From an uncultured bacterium (lineage in GTDB: Bacteria > Abyssobacteria > SURF-5 > CBDUXP01), in assembly GCA_965371225.1 (NCBI GenBank), contig CBDUXP010000013.1:10767-74766 (forward strand): DNA of 64,000 nt, written 5' to 3'. The notes beneath the pieces were generated by a model, which saw nothing but the letters and a program-made list of their open reading frames with translations, was not told where the DNA came from and did no database searches. The first letter of the stretch is position 1; the number at the start of each line of letters is the position of its first letter. Position numbers and translations under genes: made by a program. Below are positions 18,940-28,814 of this stretch, piece by piece.

Positions 18940-21111
18940 CTACGACGCCGCATCGGTGCGGCGATGGTCGAGCGGTAGCCGCACGGTGAAGATCGTGCCG
19001 GGCCGGTCGAGGCGGTCCGCAGCCTCCACGCGCCCGCCGTGGTGTTCAGCGATGACGCGCACCACGTAGAGCCCCATGCCAAGATGCGGCCGATCGTCGT
19101 GGCTCGGCGGCCGGCCGGACACGAGCGATTCGAAGACTTGCCCGCGGAGCGCGTCGGGCAGCGGTGGCCCATCGTTGAGCATGCTGAGATGCGCCTCGCC
19201 ATTCGCCTGCGTCAGCCGGACGAGGATCGTGCTGTCGGCGGGGCTGAAGTCCACCGCGTTGTCTACGAGCTTGTCGAGCATCTGCTCGATCATGAAATCG
19301 GCCGCGCGCACGTGGAGCGGTCCCGCCGGCCCTTCGTACCGTAGCCGGCGCTGCGGCCGCGCGGCGGCGACGTTCTCCACGTAGCGCGCCACGAGGGCGT
19401 CCAGGTCCAGGTCCGCCCGCGTCTCCCGGCGCAGGGCTTCCTCGAGATTCGCCGCTTCCGTCAGGCTGTCCACGATCACCCCGAGCCGCTGCACGCCCCG
19501 CTCCGCCGCCGCCAGGTATTTGTCCTCGCGCCCGGCCGGAACCTGGGCCGCCAGGTGTTGCAGCGACGTACTGACCGTGTTCAGCGGGTTGTGCAGTTCG
19601 TGCTTCAGCGCCCGGGGAATCAGTTCCAGGTACCGCGTGTACTGCGCGAGCCGCTGCAACATGCCCGAGATGCCGCGCGCCAGATCGCCGATCTCGTCGC
19701 GCGCCTGCGCTTCGGCCGGCAGCCGGTCCAGGCGGACGCGCCCGTCCCGGTCGATGGCGGCCTCGCTGTCGTCCCGCAAGCGGCGGATGCGCAGGGTCAA
19801 CCGCGTCGCGAACGCCAGCAACACCGCGGCGACCGCGGCGAACACCAGCAGGGTCGCGCCGGTGAGGTTTTCCATCGCGCGGCGCTGGACCCCGAGGACC
19901 TCCCGTTCGCTCTGCTCCACGACCACTGCGCCGAGCACGTCCTCGCCCGACCAGATGGGATGCGCCGCGGCGAGGATACGGGTGCCTCGCGCCGAGGTCA
20001 GGCGGCGGACCTCCGTCCGCCCGGCGAGCGCGCCCGCGACGAGTTGATCCCGGAGCGCGCTGGTTGTCGTCCGGGGATGCGATCCGTAGCCGATGCCGGA
20101 TGCCGTCGTGCGGAAGAACACGTCCATGACGGCATCGCGCACGCCGCCGGACGCTTCGGCCTCAGGGTCGTATGGCGGATCCGGTGAGCCCTTCACGGCG
20201 CGCACGCGCTGTTGCGTGTCCACCACCCAGATGCGTTCGCCGGGCCGGTCGAGGCCCGCGAGGATGCGCGCAATGTCGGGCGAGTGCACCAGGAGCCGGT
20301 TCAGGTCCTTCACCTGCGGAGTGGGCACCGTGCTCACCAGCGTATCCACCGTGCGCGCGTCGGGATCGTCCACGTCCGCCACCACCAGGGCCAGGCGCGC
20401 GTCGCGGCCCAGCAAGCGTTCGGGAAAGCGTATCTCCACGGCGTAGCCGTCCGGCGCCGGCTGCCACTCCGAACGGATCCGGCCTTCGGGTGCACCGCCC
20501 GCCGGCCGCGCCCAGTCGTCCCCCACCGCGTAGGTGGTGCCCGTGCCCGGCCCCTCGGCGAGGAGCACGTAGCGCTGCAGCCGGCCGTCCGCGTCCTGCA
20601 CGTACAGCCGCAGGTGGTCGCAGTGGTCCAGGCGCAGGTAGCGCGCGTGGCGATACAACACGCGGTCGTCGCGCACCACGGCATACGCGTAGAGGAAGCC
20701 GCCGCGCAGGCCGAACACGAGGCGAAGTTCCAAGTCGGCCGGGTTGAATGGCTGCCGCGGTTGCAGCACGTGGCTGGCGCCGAACGTCTGTGCCTCGGCG
20801 GCCACGGGCCCCCAGTCGTTCGCGCGCCCGTCGAGCCGGATCGCCCGCGGCAGGAGGTGGGCGATCACTTCGTGTTCGTCCTTGAGCGGAAGCGGCAAGC
20901 CGAACGTGGGATCGAACAGGTCGGCGCGATCGTGCAGCACGGTGGCGATCGCCCCCGCCGCAAGCACCTGGGCGTTCGCCTGGCCCTCGAGCAGGAACGC
21001 CTGCATCTCGCGCGCGTAGTAGTGCCCGAGCAAGGGAATGAGGAGCAGGATCGAGGACACGAGCATGAGCCGCGCGCGGATGCCTACGCGCCGCGGCACG
21101 CGGAGGCGCAT
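18940..21111 (-). CDS. pdsS: Sensor histidine kinase of the dedicated sortase system (PdsS-like)
   Basis: Two TM, large periplasmic region with CBM9/DOMON-like IRLDGRANDW, HAMP (DEIGDLA), H-box KHELHNPL, N-box DNAVDFS, G-boxes NDGPPL and HLGMGLY; ATGA overlap with the response regulator; context of sortase and VIT-vWA target. Confidence 0.82.
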   Translation of the reverse strand: MRLRVPRRVGIRARLMLVSSILLLIPLLGHYYAREMQAFLLEGQANAQVLAAGAIATVLHDRADLFDPTFGLPLPLKDEHEVIAHLLPRAIRLDGRANDWGPVAAEAQTFGASHVLQPRQPFNPADLELRLVFGLRGGFLYAYAVVRDDRVLYRHARYLRLDHCDHLRLYVQDADGRLQRYVLLAEGPGTGTTYAVGDDWARPAGGAPEGRIRSEWQPAPDGYAVEIRFPERLLGRDARLALVVADVDDPDARTVDTLVSTVPTPQVKDLNRLLVHSPDIARILAGLDRPGERIWVVDTQQRVRAVKGSPDPPYDPEAEASGGVRDAVMDVFFRTTASGIGYGSHPRTTTSALRDQLVAGALAGRTEVRRLTSARGTRILAAAHPIWSGEDVLGAVVVEQSEREVLGVQRRAMENLTGATLLVFAAVAAVLLAFATRLTLRIRRLRDDSEAAIDRDGRVRLDRLPAEAQARDEIGDLARGISGMLQRLAQYTRYLELIPRALKHELHNPLNTVSTSLQHLAAQVPAGREDKYLAAAERGVQRLGVIVDSLTEAANLEEALRRETRADLDLDALVARYVENVAAARPQRRLRYEGPAGPLHVRAADFMIEQMLDKLVDNAVDFSPADSTILVRLTQANGEAHLSMLNDGPPLPDALRGQVFESLVSGRPPSHDDRPHLGMGLYVVRVIAEHHGGRVEAADRLDRPGTIFTVRLPLDHRRTDAAS

Positions 21112-21803
21112 CAGTCGGCGCTCCACCGGTAGCCGAGGCCGTACTCGTTCTCGATGCGCGCGAACGTGGGCTCGATGGCCGTGAATTTGTCGCGGATGCG
21201 GCGGATGTGCGTGGTGATCGTGTTCTTCGTCACGATCATCTGCCGAGTCGCGTCCATGAGGGCGTCATAGGTCACCACGTGGCCGGGATGCTTGACCAGG
21301 CGCAGGAGTATCTCGAACTCCGTCACGGTCAGACGCAGCCGGGCGCCCTGCCATTCCACCGTCACGCGCGCTTCGTCAATGACGAGTGGGCCGCGGCGGA
21401 GGATGGGGTCGCTGGAGGCCTGCTTCGTCTTCGTCTCGATGATCCGAAAGAGGGCGGCCACTTTCGCGGCGAGAAAATCCAGCGTGATGGGTTTCGGAAC
21501 GTAATCCCACGCCAGCAGCAGGCCGGCGACTTTGTCGACTTCGCTCGAGCGGTCCGTTAGGAAGATGACGGGCAGGTGCGGCGCGAGCCGAAGGAGCGTA
21601 CGGGACAGCTCGAAGCCGCCGTCCACCTCGTCGTGCAGGACGATGTCGAGGATCGCCAGGTCGGGCAGCCGCTCCGCGAACCCGGCCTCCGCTTCCGCGC
21701 GGCTACCGTACGTCTGCACCGCGTAGCCGCGCGTGCGGAGCGCGTCGGCGTAATTCTGCAACTGGTCCGCGTCATCTTCCACGATGGCGATGGTCTTCGG
21801 CAC
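21111..21803 (-). CDS. pdsR: OmpR-family response regulator of the dedicated sortase system (PdsR-like)
   Basis: IAIVEDD, LAILDIVL (phospho-Asp), FLTDR, DYVPKP; winged helix TITTHIRRIRDKF..YGLGYRW; GGAGGAG RBS before the GTG at 21803. Confidence 0.85.
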   Translation of the reverse strand: MPKTIAIVEDDADQLQNYADALRTRGYAVQTYGSRAEAEAGFAERLPDLAILDIVLHDEVDGGFELSRTLLRLAPHLPVIFLTDRSSEVDKVAGLLLAWDYVPKPITLDFLAAKVAALFRIIETKTKQASSDPILRRGPLVIDEARVTVEWQGARLRLTVTEFEILLRLVKHPGHVVTYDALMDATRQMIVTKNTITTHIRRIRDKFTAIEPTFARIENEYGLGYRWSAD

Positions 21804-22009
21804 GGGCTCCTCCACCGGCAGGGTCGGGGGATGACTCCACCATACTCCACCGCGCGAGCCGAGAGGTATGCCCACGGCGCGGGCCGACACACATTCCATC
21901 GGTTCGTCATTATTCGGCGCCACATTGCCACGGTTCCGCCCCGGTAGACGCATTTTAATGTGGCTTACTTATCGCTGGGGAACGCACCCCGTCACCAAGG
22001 AGCCTCCAT

Positions 22010-24106
22010 ATGTATGACCGTATTGCTGATCTGCGCCGCCTGCTGTGGTACGCCGCCGTCACCGGCACCCTGCTCGCGATCGTCGGGCCCGCCGTCAGCA
22101 TCGCGCACGCCGCGCCCACGCCCGACCGCGACTCGCGTCCGGAGGCTGTCACCTGCGGCTCGTTGCTGCTGCGGGGCGACGATAACAAAGAAGTCAATCC
22201 CGCCCCGATGCTGCACACGGAAGTGAGCATCCAAGTCACCGGGATGTTGGCGCGGGCCACGGTCACCCAGCGGTTCCGCAATCCGAGCGACACCTGGGCC
22301 GAGGGGATCTACGTGTTCCCGCTGCCCGAGGGCGCGGCGGTGGATCACATGCGCATGCGCGTGGGCGCATTGGTGATCGAAGGGCAGATTCAGGAACGCG
22401 CTGAGGCGAAGCGGACCTACGATCGCGCCAAGAGGCAGGGTAAGCGCGCGAGCCTGGTAGAGCAGGAGCGGCCGAACATTTTCACCACGTCCGTGGCCAA
22501 CATTGCGCCGCATGCCGAAATCGTCGTGGAGATCGAGTACCAGGAGACGCTGCGCTACGACCAAGGGCAGTACCGGCTCCGCTTCCCCATGGTGGTCGGG
22601 CCCCGGTACATACCGGGATCGGCGGCGGCAGCTCCCACGCCCAGCCCGGCCACCACGGGGCTCGGGTGGGCGCCGAACACGGATCAGGTGCCCGACGCGT
22701 CGCGCATCACGCCGCCCGTGCGACATCCCGACTTGGGCCACATCAACCCGGTCACCTTGCGCGTCGATCTGGAAGCCGGCCTGGCCCTCACGCGGTTGGA
22801 AAGCGCGTATCACCAGGTGGTGGTGAAGGACCTGGGCGGCGAGCGGTACGACATTCGTCTGGCGGGGCCCGTGCCCGCGGACCGCGATTTCGAGCTGATG
22901 TGGGAACCGGTACGGGAGGCCGCGCCCACCGCGGCGGTGTTTACCGAGCGGGGGGACGACGCAACGTACGCGCTCGTCATGGTCATGCCGCCGCAACCGT
23001 CCGCCACGGCGGCGTCCCGACAGCCGCGCGAGATGATCATGGTCCTGGACACGTCGGGGTCCATGCACGGCCGGTCCATCGCGCAGGCGAAGCTGGCCAT
23101 GACGCTCGCCATGCAAACCTTGACGCCGGAGGATTACTTCAACGTGGTGCCCTTCAACAGCCGGACCGAATCAATGTTCCCGACTTCGGTGCCCGCGACC
23201 GCGGCCAATCTCCGGAATGCGGCGACGTATGTGAAGCGGCTGCAGGCCGGCGGGGGAACGGAGATGCTGGGCGCGCTGGAAGAAGCGCTCAACGTGCGCG
23301 ACGATTCCGGCCGCCTGCGCCAGGTGCTCTTCATTACGGACGGGGGCGTCGGCAACGAGTTGGAACTGTTCCGCATCATCAAGCAGCGTCTGGGCAACAG
23401 CCGCCTGTTCACCGTGGGTGCCGGGTCGGCGCCCAACAGTCATTTCATGACCAAGGCCGCCCAGTTCGGGCGCGGCACGTTCACGTACATCGGCAGCATC
23501 CAGGAGGTGCGGGAGAAGATGGCGGCCCTCTTCCGCAAGATGGAGCACCCCGCCCTGTCGGACATCTCGATCGACGCCGTCGGCGCCTCGGCGGCCGTGC
23601 TCTATCCCGAGTTTATTCCGGACCTGTACCTGGGTGAGCCGGTGGTGGTCGCGGCCCGGTTTCCGCGCCGGCCCCGGTCCCTGCGCATCCGGGGCCGCAC
23701 GGGGGACGCGGCGTGGTCGAAGGACGTCAGCCTGACGGACGAGGTGGACCGGCCCGGCGTGTCCGTGCTGTGGGCCCGGCGCAAGATCGCGGCGCTCATG
23801 GACCAGCGCGTGACAAGGTCCACGAAGCAGGCGGAGGTGCGTGAGGCGGTGATCCAAGTCGCGCTCGACCATCATCTGGTCAGCAAGTACACGAGCCTCG
23901 TCGCGGTGGACGTCACGCCGGTGCGCCCGGATGCGGACGCGCTCCGCACGCGCGCCATGAAAACCAACCTGCCCGCCGGGTGGAGTTACGAACACGTGTT
24001 CGGCATGCCGCGCACCGCCACGTGGGCTCCCGCGCATCTACTGTTGGGCACGCTGGCGCTGCTGCTGGCGGTGTGCCTGTGGCGGCCGTGGACGCGGTAC
24101 GCGTGA
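22010..24106 (+). CDS. Sortase target protein: signal peptide, VIT and vWA domains, C-terminal MPRTAT sorting signal (TIGR03788-like)
   Basis: VIT (EGIYVFPLPEGAAVDHM, SLVEQERPNIFTTSVANI); vWA MIDAS DTSGSM, GGTEM, FITDG; C-terminus MPRTAT, hydrophobic helix, basic tail. Confidence 0.9.
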   Translation: MYDRIADLRRLLWYAAVTGTLLAIVGPAVSIAHAAPTPDRDSRPEAVTCGSLLLRGDDNKEVNPAPMLHTEVSIQVTGMLARATVTQRFRNPSDTWAEGIYVFPLPEGAAVDHMRMRVGALVIEGQIQERAEAKRTYDRAKRQGKRASLVEQERPNIFTTSVANIAPHAEIVVEIEYQETLRYDQGQYRLRFPMVVGPRYIPGSAAAAPTPSPATTGLGWAPNTDQVPDASRITPPVRHPDLGHINPVTLRVDLEAGLALTRLESAYHQVVVKDLGGERYDIRLAGPVPADRDFELMWEPVREAAPTAAVFTERGDDATYALVMVMPPQPSATAASRQPREMIMVLDTSGSMHGRSIAQAKLAMTLAMQTLTPEDYFNVVPFNSRTESMFPTSVPATAANLRNAATYVKRLQAGGGTEMLGALEEALNVRDDSGRLRQVLFITDGGVGNELELFRIIKQRLGNSRLFTVGAGSAPNSHFMTKAAQFGRGTFTYIGSIQEVREKMAALFRKMEHPALSDISIDAVGASAAVLYPEFIPDLYLGEPVVVAARFPRRPRSLRIRGRTGDAAWSKDVSLTDEVDRPGVSVLWARRKIAALMDQRVTRSTKQAEVREAVIQVALDHHLVSKYTSLVAVDVTPVRPDADALRTRAMKTNLPAGWSYEHVFGMPRTATWAPAHLLLGTLALLLAVCLWRPWTRYA

Positions 24107-24774
24107 GCCGCCGTGCCACCGCGCTGTTGGCCGCGGCGTGTGCGTTGGTCGGCGTCGCGAACGTCGCCCGGGGCCTCTACATCCCCGCGAAGGCACTGCT
24201 CGCGCAACGGCTCATTCAACGCTCGTGGACGCAGGTCGAGGCGGGCCGGGCGTGGGCCCCGCCGTGGCCGTGGGCGGACACGCAACCGGTGGCGCGCATG
24301 CGCGTGCCCGCACACGGGGTGGACTTGTTTATCCTCGCGGGCGACAGCGGCCGCACCCTCGCGTTCGGCCCCGGACACGCCACGGAAAGCGCCCGGCCCG
24401 GGGAGCCGGGCACCGTGCTCGTGAGCGGGCACCGGGACACTCACTTCCGGTTCCTGCGCCGGGTGGCGCCGGGCGAGGTGGTCGTGCTCGAGACCCCCGA
24501 CCGCGCGCAGCACCGGTATCGGGTGACGCGGGCCGAGGTTGTCGACAGCCGGGACGCGCTGATCGTGCACGACCCGGACGTGGAGCGGTTGGTGCTGGTG
24601 ACGTGCTATCCGTTCGATACGCCGGTGCCCGGCGGGCCGCTGCGATACGTGGTCACCGCTTCCCCGGAACCGGATGCGCCGGTCACCGGGCTTGCGCTAA
24701 CTCGTGCGGGGATCCAGGAGCACGCCCGGGTTCAGGATGCCCGCCGGGTCGAGTTCCGCCTTCGCGGCGCGTAG
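24103..24774 (+). CDS. Class GN sortase (TIGR03784-like)
   Basis: GTGA overlap with the target stop; YIPAKALLAQRLI..W, WPWADT.PVAR, LAFGPGH, SGHRDTHF (His), LVTCYPF (Cys), LRYVV (Arg). Confidence 0.9.
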   Translation: MSRRATALLAAACALVGVANVARGLYIPAKALLAQRLIQRSWTQVEAGRAWAPPWPWADTQPVARMRVPAHGVDLFILAGDSGRTLAFGPGHATESARPGEPGTVLVSGHRDTHFRFLRRVAPGEVVVLETPDRAQHRYRVTRAEVVDSRDALIVHDPDVERLVLVTCYPFDTPVPGGPLRYVVTASPEPDAPVTGLALTRAGIQEHARVQDARRVEFRLRGA

Positions 24775-26322
24775 CGCCCGGGCGAACGGTTCCGGCCGCT
24801 GCCGGTCGTACCACGGCCGGTGATCCCGGCCGACGGCGTGGTGGTGCGTGATCGTCCCGCCGTTACTCAGGACCGCCTCGGCGGCCGCCTGTTTGATCTC
24901 GTCCCACTGTTCGATCTGGCTGCCCTTCTTCCCTTCGGCGAAGATGGTGAAGTACGGCGCCGGGCCGTCCGGGTACAGGTGCGTGAACCGGCAGGTCATG
25001 TCCCCCTGGCCGCATACGCCCTTGATCGCTGCCCGCCCCGCCTCCATCACTTCGTGGTAGAACGCTTCGAACGCGCTCCAGGGGATCGCGGTTTCGAACG
25101 TTTCGCACACGATGCCCATGCGAATGAGCGTGTCGCGCATGTACGGCGCCTGCAGGAACGCTTTGCGCCACGCGCCTGCCGCGCCGCCGCGCGTGGCGGC
25201 CGCATCCGTGCGCGTTTGGCCCGCGTCCTCGTCCGCCTCACCGCCCGCATCGCGGCAGCATTCCAGCGCGCGCGCCATCCACGGGTCCAGGGGATGGTCC
25301 GCCGATTCGAACCCGAGCACCAGGATGGCGTGCTCGCCGGTGCCCGCGCCGCTGTTGGCCGCTTCCGCTGCGTCGAGCAATCGACAGTTGGTCGGGTAGA
25401 GCCCGCTTTGGGCCAGCTGCCGCGCCGCCTCCGCTCCGCGGAGGAACCCGTCCTCGCCGGGAAACCGGACCGGGGCGGACGCGCGATAGACGGGCCGGTC
25501 CTGCAGGCGCATCCACGCTTCGGTGATGATGCCCAGGGTGCCCTCCGAGCCGGCGAGCAGGCGATCCGGGCTCGGCCCCGCGCCCGAGCCGGGCAACCGC
25601 CGACTTTCCAAGATGCCCGTGGGAGTTACGCACCGGAGCGATTCCACGAAGTCTTCGATGTGCGTATATAAGGTGGCATAGTGGCCCCCGGAGCGGGTGG
25701 CGATCCAGCCGCCGAGGGTCGAAAATTCGAACGACTGCGGGAAGTGGCGCAGGGTCAGGCCGTGCGGCCGCAGCGCGTCTTCGAGTGCCGGGCCGAAGAT
25801 GCCGGCCTGAATGCGCGCCGCCCGCGACATCTTGTCGATCTCGATCACCTGGTCCAGCTCGCGCAGGTCGATGGTGACGACGCCGGCGTAGCTGTCGTCC
25901 ACGGCGCCTGGCTCCACGCCGCCCACCACGGAGGACCCGCCGCCGTAGGGGATCGCGGCCGCGTTGGCGTCCGTGCACCAGTCCAGCAACGCCACCACGT
26001 CCCCTTCCGTGCGGGGTAGCGCAACCAGGTCCGGCGGCGCGTCGAACTCGCCCCGGGCGCCGCGCACCACGTCCCGAAAAGACTTGCCGTACGTGTGGGC
26101 GGCCCGTTCGTAGGGATCGGTGGTGCAGATGCCGGCCAGCGGCGCCGGCACGGTCAAGCGGGGGGCGCGGAGGTCGAGATCGTCCAGGCGCGGTTCCGGG
26201 TCGGGGGTGAGGTCGGCGCCGGGGAAATGGTGTTGGACCACGTAATCGACCATGACCTGCTGCATGGCATCGTCCGTCTGGTCCGCGTACCCCCAGCCCC
26301 AGAATTTGCGCTGCCGTCCCAT
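24697..26322 (-). CDS. FAD-binding oxidoreductase, alkyl-DHAP synthase (AgpS)-like
   Basis: FWGWG N-terminus, PYGGGSSVVGG, RHFPQSFEFSTLGGWIATRSGGH, GSEGTLGIITE, THLYPDGPAPYFT, GGTITHHHAVG. Confidence 0.85.
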   Translation of the reverse strand: MGRQRKFWGWGYADQTDDAMQQVMVDYVVQHHFPGADLTPDPEPRLDDLDLRAPRLTVPAPLAGICTTDPYERAAHTYGKSFRDVVRGARGEFDAPPDLVALPRTEGDVVALLDWCTDANAAAIPYGGGSSVVGGVEPGAVDDSYAGVVTIDLRELDQVIEIDKMSRAARIQAGIFGPALEDALRPHGLTLRHFPQSFEFSTLGGWIATRSGGHYATLYTHIEDFVESLRCVTPTGILESRRLPGSGAGPSPDRLLAGSEGTLGIITEAWMRLQDRPVYRASAPVRFPGEDGFLRGAEAARQLAQSGLYPTNCRLLDAAEAANSGAGTGEHAILVLGFESADHPLDPWMARALECCRDAGGEADEDAGQTRTDAAATRGGAAGAWRKAFLQAPYMRDTLIRMGIVCETFETAIPWSAFEAFYHEVMEAGRAAIKGVCGQGDMTCRFTHLYPDGPAPYFTIFAEGKKGSQIEQWDEIKQAAAEAVLSNGGTITHHHAVGRDHRPWYDRQRPEPFARALRAAKAELDPAGILNPGVLLDPRTS

Positions 26323-26478
26323 GTGATCCCGCTCCCCCAGGTGCCGGGCACCCCACCAGCGTGCACTCTAGCACGCGCCGGCTTGCCGGGCCGCGGCCGC
26401 GCGATGTCGCCGGGTCGGTGGTTGCGGTACAGTTGAAGGGCGTACGCGCAGGCCCGCCGCCGCCAGTACCACGCCGTT

Positions 26479-27342
26479 ATGCGCACCAGCACTGCTCCCG
26501 ACACGTCGGGCCGGGCCGTCGGCACCAGCCGCATCCTCGCGGATGCCCACGTGCATATCTACAGCTGCTTCGCCCTGGCCCGGTTCTTCGACGCCGCGTG
26601 GACCAATTTTTCCCGCGAGGCGGCCGGCGGGCCGTTTACCGGTGTGCTGCTGCTGGCGGAGACCGCGGAGGATGACTGGTTCGCCGCGTTGGGGGTTCGA
26701 GCCGATGCGGGCGAGTCCGTCGATGGGCAGGCCGCGACTCCCTGGCGCCCGCAGCGCACGGGGGAAGCGGAATCCTTGCGCATCGCGGGGCCGGAGTCGG
26801 AGAGCTTGTTGCTGATCGCGGGACGCCAACTCGTCACGCGCGAGCGGCTCGAGGTGTTGGCGCTGGGGACGGCGGCGCGGTTCGACGATGGGCTGCCCCT
26901 GTCGCAGGCGGTGGACCAAGTGCGCGCGGCGGGCGCCGTGCCGGTGCTGCCCTGGGGCTTCGGGAAGTGGTGGGGCCGGCGGGGCGCGGTGCTCCGGGCG
27001 TACCTGGAGACGGTGGCCGCCGGGGCGCTTTTCGTGGGGGACAACGGCAGCCGCCCGCAGTTTGCGCCCACCCCCGCCCCCTTCCGGCAGGCGGCCGCGC
27101 GTGGGGTCCGCATGTTGCCGGGGACGGATCCCCTGCCGCTGGCGGCGGAATGCACCCGGGTGGGGAGCTATGGCTTTTACGTGCGGGCGTCCCTGGACCC
27201 TGAACATCCCGCGCGCTCCGTGCGGGCGGCGCTGCAGGCTTCGGGCGTGGCCCCCGTGGCGTACGGTGCGCGCAAGACGCCGCCCCTGTTTGTCTGGCGG
27301 CAGGCGGCCCTACAGTTCCGGCAGGCGGGCAGGGCGACGTGA
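26479..27342 (+). CDS. Hypothetical protein with a degenerate PHP-type metallohydrolase fold
   Basis: N-terminal ADAHVH; G(R)Q..T..RLEVLALG; terminal PGTDPLP where PHP proteins have GSDAH; GTGA coupling to the downstream GT4. Confidence 0.5.
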   Translation: MRTSTAPDTSGRAVGTSRILADAHVHIYSCFALARFFDAAWTNFSREAAGGPFTGVLLLAETAEDDWFAALGVRADAGESVDGQAATPWRPQRTGEAESLRIAGPESESLLLIAGRQLVTRERLEVLALGTAARFDDGLPLSQAVDQVRAAGAVPVLPWGFGKWWGRRGAVLRAYLETVAAGALFVGDNGSRPQFAPTPAPFRQAAARGVRMLPGTDPLPLAAECTRVGSYGFYVRASLDPEHPARSVRAALQASGVAPVAYGARKTPPLFVWRQAALQFRQAGRAT

Positions 27343-28541
27343 GGCCGGGTATGCGCGCGCTGATGGTGGAACCGCAGCCGTTCTTCTCCCCGCGCGGGTC
27401 CCCGCTGCAGGTGTATTACCGCGTGCAGGTCTTGGCGGAGCTGGGCGTGAAAGTGGACCTGCTCACGTACGGGGAGGGGCAGGACGTGGACCTCCCGGGC
27501 GTGCGGATGATCCGCATCCCCCGCTTCGCGAGTCTCGGCCACGTGAAGACGGGCCCGTCCCTGCTCAAGGCGTTTCTGGACGTGTTTCTGGCGCTCTGGA
27601 CGATCGGGCTGCTGTTGCGCCACCGGTACGATTTCGTACACGCGCACGAAGAGGCGGTGTTCTTCTGCCGCTTCTTGAAGCCGCTGTTCCGCTTCAAGCT
27701 CGTGTACGAGATGCACTCGCAGCTGCCGGAGCAATTGCGCAATTTCGATTTCACCACGTCCCGCGCATTGATCTGGGCGTTCGAGCGGCTGGAAGCGACC
27801 GCGCTGCACGCTGCCGATGCCGTGATCACCATCTGCCCGGCGCTGGCCGATTACGCGACGGGGGTGCTCGCGCAGCCGGACAAGCACGTGCTGATCGAGA
27901 ACTCGCTGTTCGAACCGGTCAAGCTGGCCGGGACGGCGGGGGACGGCGCCTCGCCCCCGGCCGGGGCCAATGGGGATGCGGGCGTCGACTTGCCCGCCGG
28001 CCGCCCGCTCATCGTGTATGCGGGAACCCTGGAGGCGTACCAGGGCATCGAGTTGCTGTTGCGCGCGTTCCGGCTCTTGCGCGCGGACGAGCCGGCGGCG
28101 TTCCTGCTGGTGGCGGGCGGCACGGCGGATCACGTGGAGCACTACCGCGCCCTGGCGGCGGACCTGAAATTGCGCGACGACTGCGTGTTCACCGGCCGCG
28201 TGCCGCCGGCCGTGGCGAAGGCGTTCTGTGCGCGCGCCGACGTGCAGGTGTCGGCCCGCATCGAGGGCATGAACACGCCGCTCAAGGTCTACGAGCAGTT
28301 GGCCAGCGGGGTGCCGCTCGTGGCGACGGATATCTACGCGCACACCCAAGTGCTGGACGACGCCGTGGCTTTTCTCGTCCAGCCCACGCCCGAGGCTTTC
28401 AGCGCGGGCTTGGCCGCCGCGCTGGGAGACGCGCCTGCCGCGGCGCGCAAGGTGGACGCCGCCAAGCGCCTCTACGACCAAAAGTATGCACGGCACGCGT
28501 ACGTGGCCAAGATGGAGGAGTTCCTCGGGAAGCTCGCGTGA
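27339..28541 (+). CDS. Glycosyltransferase family 4
   Basis: HAHEEA, VYAGTLEAYQGIELLL, EGMNTPLKVYEQLASGVPLVAT (E-x7-E). Confidence 0.9.
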   Translation: MRPGMRALMVEPQPFFSPRGSPLQVYYRVQVLAELGVKVDLLTYGEGQDVDLPGVRMIRIPRFASLGHVKTGPSLLKAFLDVFLALWTIGLLLRHRYDFVHAHEEAVFFCRFLKPLFRFKLVYEMHSQLPEQLRNFDFTTSRALIWAFERLEATALHAADAVITICPALADYATGVLAQPDKHVLIENSLFEPVKLAGTAGDGASPPAGANGDAGVDLPAGRPLIVYAGTLEAYQGIELLLRAFRLLRADEPAAFLLVAGGTADHVEHYRALAADLKLRDDCVFTGRVPPAVAKAFCARADVQVSARIEGMNTPLKVYEQLASGVPLVATDIYAHTQVLDDAVAFLVQPTPEAFSAGLAAALGDAPAAARKVDAAKRLYDQKYARHAYVAKMEEFLGKLA

Positions 28542-28814
28542 ACGCTGCCGGCGGCTGCCCTGCCGCCATCTTCGGTAGGGGCGGGCCGCTTCAGTGAGTC
28601 CCGGCCGGGGCCGATAGGTAATCGGGGTCGGTGCCGGAGGGGGGATAGTTTCAACGCAGTCGTAGAGGGAGTCCGTGTCCGGCGCAAGCCGCGGGGCCGG
28701 CGTTCCGGGAGAGCCGCAGGGGGGGCATCGTGCTCATAAGCTGTTGTAGGTCTGGTACTTCCGGTCGTAGGCTCTTTCGGGAACGTTGCCGGTGACGTCC
28801 CGGAAAACAGAACA

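Noticed and set aside
21961-21976. Sigma-54-like TGGCTTACTTATCGCT before the sortase target
   Set aside because: Two mismatches in core positions, and the adjacent regulator is OmpR-type, which works with sigma-70-class holoenzyme.
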